Origin: Octopus vulgaris
Lineage: Eukaryota
Assembly (NCBI GenBank): GCA_951406725.2
Contig: OX597814.1
Span: forward strand, 203,050,001-203,114,000
Direction of reading: 5' to 3'
DNA: 64,000 nt
Positions within the stretch are counted from its first letter, which is position 1. The number at the start of each line of letters is the position of its first letter. The translations under genes and the position numbers were made by a program. The notes beneath the pieces were generated by a model. It was given only the letters and a program-made list of their open reading frames with translations, was not told the DNA's origin and made no database searches. Positions 54,017-64,000 of the stretch are shown here, in pieces.

Positions 54017-54395
54017 GGCACAGGTGTAGTTGTGTGGTAAGAAATTTGCTTCCCAACCATATGGTTCTGGGTTCAGTCCCACCGCATGGCACCTTGGTAA
54101 AGTGTCTTCTTTTATAGACTCAGGCTGACCAAAGCTTTGTGAGTGGATTTGGTTGACAGAAACTGAAAGAATCCCATCATGTGTGTGTGTTTGTCCCCCA
54201 CCATTGCTTGACAACTGGTATCGGTGTGTTTTGTTCCCATAACTTAAAAGTTCAGCATCAGAGACCAATAGAATAAGTATTAGGCTTAAAAATTAAGTAC
54301 TGGAGTTGTTTCATTCAACAAAAAACTTCTTCAAGGCAGTGCCCCAGCATGGCCACAGTCCAATGACTAAAACAAGTGAAAGAATAAAAGAATAA
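54017..54395 (+). mobile_element. Family-1 SINE
   Basis: Full head-to-tail match to other copies. Confidence 0.8.
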
Positions 54396-54599
54396 ACATC
54401 CAGTCATTTTTTTCTCTCTCTCTCTCTCTCTCTCATTCAGGGAGTAGACTACATTATCCAATGTGTCCTCCTTTCAAGGTAGTAGGGAATGATTTGAGGG
54501 AGATTTCACTGCTATTTACAGACTCACATGTACAGGTTTGGTGTTGCAAACAGGGGAAATAGAATTCAATATTCAAGAATAAATATATTTGTTTTATAA

Positions 54600-55455
54600 A
54601 GTGATTAAAGATATGAAGAGTGGAAAAGCCCCTGGCCCTTCAGGAATCATCGCTGAGATGCTTAAAGTATCTGGTGGTGGTGGTGGGTTGTGGTCCAGTC
54701 ACCCATATTGTAAATTAGGTGGTTCACGAAGGAGCCATACCCAATGACTGGTGTAGCAGCACTACAGTCAACCGCTACAAAGGTGATGCCTTAGATAGAA
54801 ATAATTACAGAGGTATCAAATTGTTGGATCAGGTGATGAAAGTTGCAGAGAGAGTCATAGCCCAACTAATTAGGGAGAGAGTTAGTTTAGATAAGATGCA
54901 GTTTTGTTTTGTGCCTGGGAGAAGCACCACTGATGCTATATTTCAGGTAAGACAACTGCAGGAGAAATACCTAGCCAAAGATAAACTTCTGTACTTGGCT
55001 TTTGTTGACATGGAGAAAGCTTTTGACAGGGCTCCCCAATCCCTTATCTGGTGGTCAGTGCAGAAACTAAGGATAAATGAGTGATTGGTGAGAACTGTAC
55101 AATCCTTGTACAGGGACACTACCAGTAAGGTGATGGTTGGCAACGAGTACAGTGAAAAATTCCGGGTACAAGTAGGGGTTCACCAAGGATCAATCCTCAG
55201 CTCCTCTTGTTCATCATAGTCCTCCAGGCAATGGCAGAGGAATTTAAAACTGGCTACCCCTCGGAACTCCTCTCTATGCTATAAGACCTCGCTCTTATAG
55301 CTGAATCACTACCAGAACTAGAGAAGTTCCAGGTATGGCAGCAAGGTCTAGAATTGAAGGGCCTTGGAGTTAACCTAGCCAAAACCAAAGTCTTAGTATT
55401 TAGGAAGGCAGACAAATCGCAAATCCCATGGAACATGGATGTTAAATTATGATGA
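54600..55455 (+). mobile_element. RTE-clade LINE reverse transcriptase fragment joined directly to the 3' tail
   Basis: MKSGKAPGPSGIIAEMLK, NYRGIKLL, QFCFVPGRSTTDAIF, AFVDMEKAFDR and GVHQGSILS; ends ccatggaacatggatgttaaattatgatga. Confidence 0.9.
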
Positions 55456-56050
55456 CAATTGTTCGGTAATGCGGCTTTGCTTTAATATCATATCATTCTA
55501 CTGTCTTTACTATTAGTAATTACTACCAGTTTTTAGTAATACAAACTTAATTGTGAGGAGAGACACAAATGTAGAAGTTAAACAACATAACCTCCATCAA
55601 CACTGCCACCATCATCATTTTATATCTGTTCTCTGATATATTTACATGGGGCAGTCAAATCCTCTCCAGCAGCACTTTGCCACAAGCGATGGCCTTTTGT
55701 CTACATATATGTAATGTATATATGTAGATAGTTTAATAAAGACATTTTCTCACTGTTTTCTGAAAAATAAAAATCTTTGATGTTGCTTAAAGCATTGATG
55801 AGGTTTTGTTTTTGCTTTTTCTTTTTACATTTTTAATCAATAATACCTTTTCATATGTATCTGGAAAGAGCCCAGCCTTTGAAAAATGACAAAATTTATT
55901 CTTGGTTTAAATTTACATATGAATTGTGGTTCATATTAAATTTATGTTTCAATAACACAGAACAAAAAAAAAGTATTTATTATTGATATGAATATTTGAA
56001 ATTTTTAAAGAATCGAAAAGAAATTAAAATTATTGTGGATGTTATATTTT

Positions 56051-56081
<31 letters not shown>

Positions 56082-56299
56082 TCTTGTCTTATCTTCTCCT
56101 GTATCTTTATACATTGTTAAAATTAAAATGATTTCCTTTGTATATTACTACTAAGCTAAACTTTTCTTTTAGTTTTACATAGATATATATGTATATTGTA
56201 ATAATAATCACTACGAACAGAAAATGTTTGATTGAATTAATATTCATGTATATGAAATGTCATAATATCATTTCCAGCCACTGTTGAAATTTGATTTAA

Positions 56300-56378
56300 T
56301 TACGTAACAAAGGAGGCGCATGATTGGCTCTCTCTGGATCACTCATTTTTCACTTAGCTTCATTGATTGGTTGATTGG
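56300..56378. promoter_or_regulatory. Candidate proximal promoter/enhancer: TTACGTAA plus three TGATTGG (reverse CCAAT) boxes
   Basis: TTACGTAA at 56300; TGATTGG at 56321, 56364 and 56372; inside a ~2-kb stretch with no recognisable TE. Confidence 0.3.
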
Positions 56379-57174
56379 AAATTATTTGCATTGATCAAAT
56401 TATCTCCACTGTTTTATTTCATCTTATTCCTTTAGATCTTATCAGCCTTTCAGAAACATAAAAAAAAAAAAAGATGTAGTGCTGATTATTTTTTTAAATG
56501 TTTATAAATATGTAGAGAATAAAACAAAATAATTGTTTACATTTCCTCCATTGCTGAATACATTTTTACTTGATTAATTAAATAAATCACAATCAAATGC
56601 AACTAAGTTTCCAGAATTTGTTCAATAAATTTCAGCCGTTAAAATTAGTTTGCTCAATAATACAGACTAATATGAGTTATTGAAGGGTGCAAATCTTTTC
56701 ATTTAAGTCCTTTGTTGAATGTAATGGAATTTGCTGGAGTGTACATAGATGTTCTGTTGAAGATCTACATACACTTCCCAAACAGATCTGTGGAAAAAAA
56801 ATTCTAGAGTTCCTTAAGATAAGGTTTCTTTTACTTAGATTTAATAAAACTGATTTCCATTCTCCATTTTTTTTCTCCTCATGAAACAGATAAGCTATCA
56901 TGTTTAAATTAACGATATGTATTAATTTTATAATTATGGAATGATAGTGCTAAGTAATGATGTATATAAATACAAACTTGCTACCACTTCAAATATGTGT
57001 GAGGAATATCTGAGCCTATTAGAAAGTCATTTGCTCTATTTTGCCATAGAGAAAATTTCTCACTTTAAACAAATAGGGTAAATGCACCAAGTCAGTTCAC
57101 AGCGCCCCCTAACCAGACTGTTGGATTTATGCATGTCAGAGTAGTTATCTCCTCTTCAACCACAGAGACCAGAA

Positions 57175-57223
57175 ATGCTGCATGAGAGACAAGTCCCTCT
57201 TATGATACTTCCATCGTTGACAG
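57175..57223 (+). CDS. Candidate alternative first coding exon (MLHERQVPLMILPSLT-G)
   Basis: ATG preceded by an in-frame stop (57142); phase-1 donor CAG|gttgtg in frame with exon 58073; peptide aligns with the 1018-1063 peptide. The donor is non-optimal. Confidence 0.45.
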
Positions 57224-57708
57224 GTTGTGCTATTCAGCAGTTCACTGCTAATAAAATATGAGATGACAGCACTAATTTATAATTATATAAACGATGCTTT
57301 TACTCTATTGAAACAGATGTAGGGAACAATTATATTATGAATCACCTGTGAAATTTCAGCCATTTTTGCTAGTGATGGCTATAGATTTTGCGGTTCATAA
57401 GAGCTAAGATAATCTAAGCATTGATTTGTTTCCAAGTATAAAAACTTATACAAAAATTAAAGTATTTTTCTCAAATTTTAACAGTTACCATGTATAATTA
57501 ACTCCGAAACCTTTTTTACATAAATCATATATATATATATATATATATATACAAATTGAGATAGGGGTTGTGTATATATATATATATATATATATAGGTG
57601 CATGGCTATATACACTTATATGTATGTGTATATTATATATTATGTATATGTACCCATTCTTGTATGGGTGTACCTTCTCTGATATTCATATTTAGATTGT
57701 ACTTTATA

Positions 57709-57835
57709 ATCTCTGAAGAGGCCTTGGGATATATTTGTAAGTGTTTCATTTATAACCACATATTAACTTATCACACCTGGCTAATATGAGCATAATGAGA
57801 TACTCATATTTACATGACTGAAACAGCTGTAAGAT
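57709..57835 (+). ncRNA. Hammerhead-like motif with long stem-II insert (Penelope-like), sense to the gene
   Basis: aucu-CUGAAGA-ggccuug...caugacu-GAAA-CAGCUG-UA^agau; stem II partly mismatched. Confidence 0.5.
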
Positions 57836-58072
57836 ATAGTTTATATTTATATTTATTCATACCTATTGTACTTATTGTATCATATTACTCATTGATGTGC
57901 ATTGTTTTGTTCTGTACTATTATGTTTTGACCTTGATGTTCATATGTAGTTGGTTAATAAATTATGTGAATGGGTATTATCTGGTAGTTGATTATTGATT
58001 AACGTGTGTTTCTCCATTTTCTTATTTTGTATATTTATATATATAATTTGAACTTTTAATTTATCGTTTTAG

Positions 58073-58770
58073 GGTACTTCATGTTCAGTGTTGGATATGT
58101 CTACCTCTGTCAAGGAACATTTGTGAATGATGGCAATGTAACCAGCCAGAATAAATCATTGGTAAACCACAGTATGTTCGACGACCTAAGTACTGCATCT
58201 TTCGATTCTGAAATAATAATTAGTAGTACTCACTTACCTGGTGCTGCAGTACTGCAATCAACAGGTAGAATGAAAAAGCCTCCCCTAACTTCCACTACTG
58301 CTGCTACTAATAAGGGCCAAAATGTAGGCAATTCAGAATCCATAACTACAGCATCTGTATCTTCACTATCATCGGCCAATCCAGCAATAATCCGTTCCCC
58401 TATTTTGGAAAATGTTAATGAAGCACAATTAAAAAGTTTGTCTAGTAAAGATCAGTTTAGCCTAAAAAAGGCCCCAGTTTATAAGATTCCTGAATTACCT
58501 CATAGCCACTGGATTTCTGGCCCAGCAAATCACACAGTTATACATCGAGTTAAAAAAGATACATGGCCTCAGTCACTGAAAACCTGCACCCCACCTGGAA
58601 CACCAATATTGGCTATTCACCAGTCAGTACCAGAAGACACACCCAAGGACAGCACCTTGCCTGAATGGAGTGAGCAATTAAAATCATTGTGTGCTGATAA
58701 TGAAGAAAGGATTTATTTAATCCTAGAACAGGCTCCTGCAAACCCTTATTTTGGTATTGACAAAGTTACG
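58073..58770 (+). CDS. Cadherin-like gene exon: end of signal peptide, Ser/Thr-rich extension, first half of a cadherin repeat
   Basis: Acceptor ttttag| and donor ACG|gtaagt. Longest non-repetitive open frame in the window. Motifs SVPEDTP and NPYFGIDKVT; N-glycosylation sequons NVT, NKS, NHS, NHT. Confidence 0.9.
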
Positions 58771-59299
58771 GTAAGTTGCATCTATTTCTGTGATATTTTC
58801 TTTGTACTTCATCATTTGTACATCTTCTTTCTATACCAGCATGAGTTAGATGAGTCGTCACTGTCTGAGTCACTGTATTTTGGAATCTGCTGCCCTCATT
58901 GACTGCTACTCTTACATTTCATTGTTGATTTGATTTGGTTTGATTTCTGTGGCTGGATGCACTTTTTAATGTGATATACCTTTCAGTCTGGCTGGAACCT
59001 TGCACCATCCACAAACTTGGTCTGTGGCCCTTTCTCGGCAGTTAGGAAGAGCCAGTTGTCCTCTATGCCATATGTCTCTATTTGCTTCTTGTTAAATGCT
59101 TTCAGGATCTTTAAACTCCTGTATATTGGTCTTCTAGATTAATTTCTGCTTCTGAGCCCACCTGACTCTAAATATGAAGTCACTAACTACTTACTATTGT
59201 CAGGTAGTACATACTTCAGCATGGAAAGATTTCACATTCACAACCATTTGTCTATCTCATTTCCTAGATCAAATAAAGTCTGTTTTGCTTGTGTGTCCA

Positions 59300-59476
59300 C
59301 CAAATAATTTCAAATAATTTTTAAAATAATGAAGGATTTATTAAAATAACTTTGTTCTTATCAAGTAAGTGTTTGGTGAATAGCTTGATGAAAGGTATTA
59401 ATTTTGATCACTTTAAAAAAGCTATTTTATATCAGAACCAAGGTTAGTCTCAGGCCGGTGGTATCAAAAGAGTTAA
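59300..59476 (+). mobile_element. Old diverged relative of MITE family A
   Basis: gaaggatttattaaaataact...cagaaccaagg...ggtatcaaaagag|ttaa is colinear with family A. Confidence 0.45.
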
Positions 59477-60469
59477 CTGTCTAGTCACAATTTTTATCAT
59501 TCATTCATTTTATAGTGCATGCACACACACACATGCATGCATACGTGCACAACATGCACAATGTTGAAAAGATTAATAAAAACTAATTATATCCAGTTTA
59601 GTTTGGATCACATTATCCTAGGTATTATTTTCATGAGCTTTTATTTTCTGCCTATCATGTTCCTTTAAGTAGAAACAAAATGAAAATAAACCACTTAATT
59701 CAAACAGAACTAGTTTACATAAACAAATCTTTCATTTAAAATTTTTCACTTTATTTCTATTTCTTTCTCATGAAAACTCCTTAAATAGTCGAGTGTTTTA
59801 TGATGCTAAAATTTTATGCTTCAATTTCTTTTAATATAAACAAGGATTTTTCTTAAAACTACCTCCTTGCTCCTTCTGAATAAATTTATGAGCAATTTAG
59901 CCTGAAGCAAGCATCACATTTGCTATTGAGAATGTTGGAAAATGTATAAATAATTAAATGTCTCAATAAAATCATTTAATAAATTAATTGAAGCAACTCC
60001 ATAAGTTGTTTACCTATCATGTCAATTGTGTCTGTGATTAAACTCACTTGGGGCTGTGGCTGTGGCACCTTTGGAAACAAACCATAAATTATGCTGCAAA
60101 TTCCACCTGTTCTTTCATTCATAATTACTCCAACTTGCAGGAATTTTTACTGGTACTGAACAAAATTTTGTAAATTAATTTTCATGTGATTACAATTTAG
60201 CCAGCAGCGTTCTTAAACAGTTTACATTCAATGTCCATGGTTTACTGCTATACAGCTTTACACATGTTATACATGCTTCAAACAATTTGCTTCTTTGGAC
60301 CAAGTCAGAGAAAGGCCTTTGCCAAGAAGATTTTTTTAGATGTAATTTGGTTATTTCCAAACACTTATTTTAACATTTACTGCCAATGCTGACCAGGACA
60401 ATTGCCCCCGCCCTCCCATGCACAAAAACCATTCATCTACATGTTTTCAGTGCCTAGCAGACTATAGAG

Positions 60470-61492
60470 TAGTGGTTTTCAGTTTTTTGCCTATGGACCC
60501 CTTTCATTTCTGCTTTACTGTTGGATCCTCACAACTATTCCATGTTTAAAAAATGCTCTTATCATCATCATCATTGTTTAATGTCCGTTTTCCATCCTGG
60601 CATAGGTTGGACGGTTTGACTAAGGTCTGGAGAGCCAACAGCTGCACCAGGCTCCAATCTGATGTGGCAATGTTTCTACAGCTGGATGCCCTTCCTAATG
60701 CCAACCACTCTAAGAGTGTAGTGGGTGCTTTTTACATGCCACCAGCACAGGAGCCAGTCTGTGGGTACTGGCATCGGCCACATTCAGACAGTGCTTTTTA
60801 TGTGCCACTGGCATGAAAGCCAGTCAGGGGGTACTGGCATCGGTCAATATTCAGTTGCTGGTTTTTACATGCCACCAGCACAGGAGCCAGTCAGGCGGAC
60901 CTGGCATCGACCACATTCAGATGGTGCTTTTTACATGCGACCAGTACGGAAGCCAGTGAAGGGGCATTGGCCACAGCTACAATATTGGTTCTACTTGACT
61001 CAACAGGTCTTCTCAAGCATATCATATTGCCCAACACATCAGAGGTACTCTTAACTGGGCCGGACATGCGTGGCTGTGATCTCACTTTAGTTGCTGGATC
61101 TTCTCAATCACAGCATATCTCCAAGGCCTTGGTCTCATGTTATTGCCTCTGTGAGGCCCAATGTTCAAAGGTCGTGCTTCACCACCTCATCCCATGTCTT
61201 CCTGGGTCTACCTCTTCCACAGGTTCCTTCCACAGTTAGAGAGTGGCACTTCCTCACACAGCTGTCCTCATTCATACATAACACACGACCATACCAATGC
61301 AGTTGCCTCTCTTGCACACCACTTTTGATGCTTCTTATACCCAACTTATATATATATATATATTATAATTGAATATTATTAGGAATTGTATAAAAAAAAT
61401 TGTTAAAATATTTTGCATATTGTAGAACTATAACCAAATTATTGCACATGAATTTTAGCAAGATCTTATATGCACCACTATTAAGAACCATT
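60470..61492 (-). mobile_element. hAT MITE (47354 family) split by an RTE insertion
   Basis: 60470-60555 and 61360-61492 together match the reverse complement of 47354-47608. Confidence 0.65.
60560..61347 (-). mobile_element. 5'-truncated RTE LINE: ORF2 C-terminus plus complete 3' UTR with internal ~65-bp tandem repeats
   Basis: Minus strand KLGIRSIKSGVQERQLHWYGRVLCMNEDSCVRKCHSLTVEGTCGRGRPRKTWDEVVKHDL*, followed by the (GAT)n-ending tail. Confidence 0.9.
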
Positions 61493-61589
61493 GCTGTGCT
61501 ATAGAACCTGGAACTTCTCAGCTGCTCTTCCAAGTCACTCTACTAAGTCTGGTGTGCCTTAGTTTTTGGTTGCCTTCCCTGCCTCCTCC

Positions 61590-61680
61590 TTCTTACATCA
61601 ATAACCTGCTTGCCATCTCCAACAACATCCATTCCTGTGCAAATGATATCACTCTTTATTCTTACTTAACTTAGTCATCA
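61590..61680 (+). mobile_element. Very degraded CR1/L2/Jockey-like RT fragment
   Basis: YINNLLAISNNIHSCANDITL resembles 'FINDL...IHSYADDSTL'. Confidence 0.35.
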
Positions 61681-62865
61681 CTCATATAGAATCTTGATGC
61701 GTTGTGACAAATCAATACATTTGGTCAAGTGGCTCTTTTCTGGACATCTGTCTGTGTGTGGCAGAAACACCTTCAACATTCCAAATTTAAAAGTAATTCT
61801 GCCACTAAACAAATACTCAGCTTCTTATATTTCATCTCTGTTCGATAAAGAATCCTCCCTGCAACATGTTTGGCTCCACTCCTTCCTCACAGTGAAATAA
61901 TTTATTAGGATAGGATAAGCTTTTTGGATAAAGCTCCTTCTCAGGTCATATACACTCATAAAGTTGGTCTCCTGGATTCTGTAGTGTATCTGTTTCCCTC
62001 TGGGAATTTCAGGCATACTCACTTTTGCTATCTGAATGGACTGGAGAAATATAAAATGAAGTGTTTCGCTCAAGAACACAATGCATTGCCCAGTCCAGAA
62101 ATCGAGACCACAATTTTATGATCAAAAGCCCAACACCTTAACCATTAAGCCATGCACCTCCTCTAAAATAATTTATTCTACTTTATAAACTCTTGTTCTT
62201 AATATCTGCTGACTCAGACAATTTCTAATTTCCTCTGAATCTACCGTTTCACTTTGCTAGCCACACACATAGTGTAATGCCTTCAATGTCTCCAACAATC
62301 TTTGATGTACCACTTGTAGCTTTCCCTGCTTTCATCTCTATAACTGCCTTGCTAATCACACTTGAAGCTAATCTCCAAAGCTGGTCTTTCTATCCCACTT
62401 CATTGCTTTCTTCTTTTCACCGAGACCGAACAACAACACTTGCGTCTGTGTCACCTCATACATCACTTCTTCCCGAATGACATCCTTGTTCATACCTTCA
62501 CACTGCCTTGTAATTTGCAATATCATTCTCTGTAGTATTCTCTAACCCTATTATTAAATCGGTGGTAATGCACTAACTGTGTCATCATCATTGTCATCAT
62601 CATCATCATTTTCATCTTTTAATTCTCCTCGTTACGATAAGTAATTGCTGCATTATCAAAATAACACCTCAGCTGTATCCTACATCACAGTTTTTTTTTG
62701 TTTCTTTTTATTTTCCTTCAATCTGATCAAATAATATTTTGATGTCGTATTTAATATACACTTTTTCCTCCCATCATGAGAATGAACTCCAGATGAACTA
62801 AATATCATGATCTCTATGTAAGAAGTCAGTGCTTGAAACACTTGGACAGTATTTCATCTCATTGT

Positions 62866-62870
<5 letters not shown>

Positions 62871-62957
<87 letters not shown>
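62871..62957. repeat. (TC)n microsatellite
   Basis: Directly visible. Confidence 0.95.
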
Positions 62958-62960
<3 letters not shown>

Positions 62961-63611
62961 TTCTTTCAGGATTCCCTAATTATTTCTCTTACTTTTAAAT
63001 TATTGAATCTTTTCATAATTGAGCTTATCGCATTCTTATGAAATGATTTGATTTATTTATTGACTACTACTACTACTATTTCTACTACAACTACTGCTAC
63101 TGCTAATGTTTCTAAACACCATTATTCACTTTTTTCAAAGAACAAAAAATACAAAATACTTATTCTTTCAGCAAAACAAAGAAGCTTGATGTCCATTAAT
63201 TTCTGAAATTACTATCACATCACAGTGTCTGAAATGATTGCCTCTCTCTCTCTCTCTCTTTCTTTCTCGCTATATATATATTATATATATATATATAGAC
63301 AGAGAGAGGGGTTTATATAGGTTTTTATGGGCAATATTTTAGTTATGAAAAATTTTAGTTTATAGTTCAAAAGTAAATGATAAGTGAACTTTATGAAATT
63401 TCTTTCATGTCCATGTATGATGTGGGGGGGGGGGCGTGCACAGATAATGGTTATGGAATGAGTATGCTAGGTTATTGACCATAATTGCTTATTTTCTGTG
63501 TGTTTTACTTTGAGTTAATAAATAAGAATGATTTGATCTAAAATAAATGTGCTGTTTTAATTTGATTAATTATGTCATTTTGTCCCTTTTTCTACTTTTC
63601 CTTTTCGTTAG

Positions 63612-63710
63612 GGTGCATTGAAGGTTATTCGCAATCTCGACGAGATTGATAGTCCTGAAGACCATGTCCTTGTTATAAATGTGAGGTGTGGGAATAGCAT
63701 TACTATCGTG
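63612..63710 (+). CDS. Cadherin-like gene exon: second half of the first cadherin repeat (GALKVIRNLDEIDSPEDHVLVINVRCGNSITIV)
   Basis: Long pyrimidine tract ending cgttag| and donor GTG|gtaagt; phase 0/0; completes YFGIDKVT-GALKVIRNLD (cadherin F.ID..TG.L.....LD motif). Not in the ORF track. Confidence 0.9.
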
Positions 63711-64000
63711 GTAAGTATACCAACATTACCATTTTCCAAACTACCTGGTACATTATCTATCAATCTCAGAACGGTGAAAGTTTAACCCAACAAGATTTGA
63801 TCCCAGAACACAGAGAACTGGAGCAAATACTGCCAAGCATTTTATCCAATGTCCCAAAAATTTCTACCATTCTCTGCTGCTATAAATTTTTGTCAAGATC
63901 TATTTGCTATAACTGCTATAGCAAGCATTTAAAAGTATATATTCTTGATTTGTTTTCAGTATAAATTTATAAAATACACTGAATTAATTTTATTTTATTT

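Noticed and set aside
54719-55084. Functional reverse transcriptase gene
   Set aside because: Stops and frameshifts on both sides, YADD motif destroyed, and endonuclease and C-terminus missing
57099-57116. CTCF-like motif acagcgccccctaaccag
   Set aside because: Only the GCGCCCCCT half matches and the expected AGTGG/GGTGG half is absent; not supportable without ChIP data
58771-58902. C-terminal 43 aa of the 273-aa ORF (VSCIYFCDIFFVL...) as a transmembrane tail
   Set aside because: Lies after a consensus donor ACG|gtaagt, and the cadherin motif continues properly only in exon 63612; this is intron read-through
58073-63710. Member of the expanded cephalopod protocadherin clusters
   Set aside because: The first repeat is split by introns and preceded by a long extension, unlike the large ectodomain exons typical of those genes; no paralogous exon array in the window

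Overview
AT-rich eukaryotic (animal) DNA dense in microsatellites and transposon debris. The repeat landscape resembles a coleoid cephalopod, probably Octopus; this is an inference from recalled repeat families and was not checked. Almost the whole window reads as intronic sequence of one + strand gene encoding a secreted or membrane cadherin-superfamily protein. A 63-nt exon at 1001-1063 splices in frame across a ~57-kb intron to a 698-nt exon (58073-58770), then to a 99-nt exon (63612-63710); the gene continues beyond the window. The joined peptide has a signal peptide, a Ser/Thr-rich glycosylated extension, an RVKK motif, and a first cadherin repeat with a PCDH15/Cad99C-like Cys pattern. 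A second, similar signal-peptide mini-exon (57175-57223) with its own candidate promoter suggests alternative first exons. The intron holds mariner, DD36E Tc1, piggyBac, hAT and Helitron relics, RTE and R4/Dong-like LINE fragments, several SINE families and TTAA-MITEs (including a recurring dimer). It also holds at least six minimal hammerhead-ribozyme motifs in short Penelope-like pieces inside or beside (TA)n/(TAA)n tracts; one is structurally intact with a U3-A8 compensatory core. Nearly all ORFs in the supplied track are microsatellite or TE artefacts. All calls are by eye and repeat boundaries are approximate.
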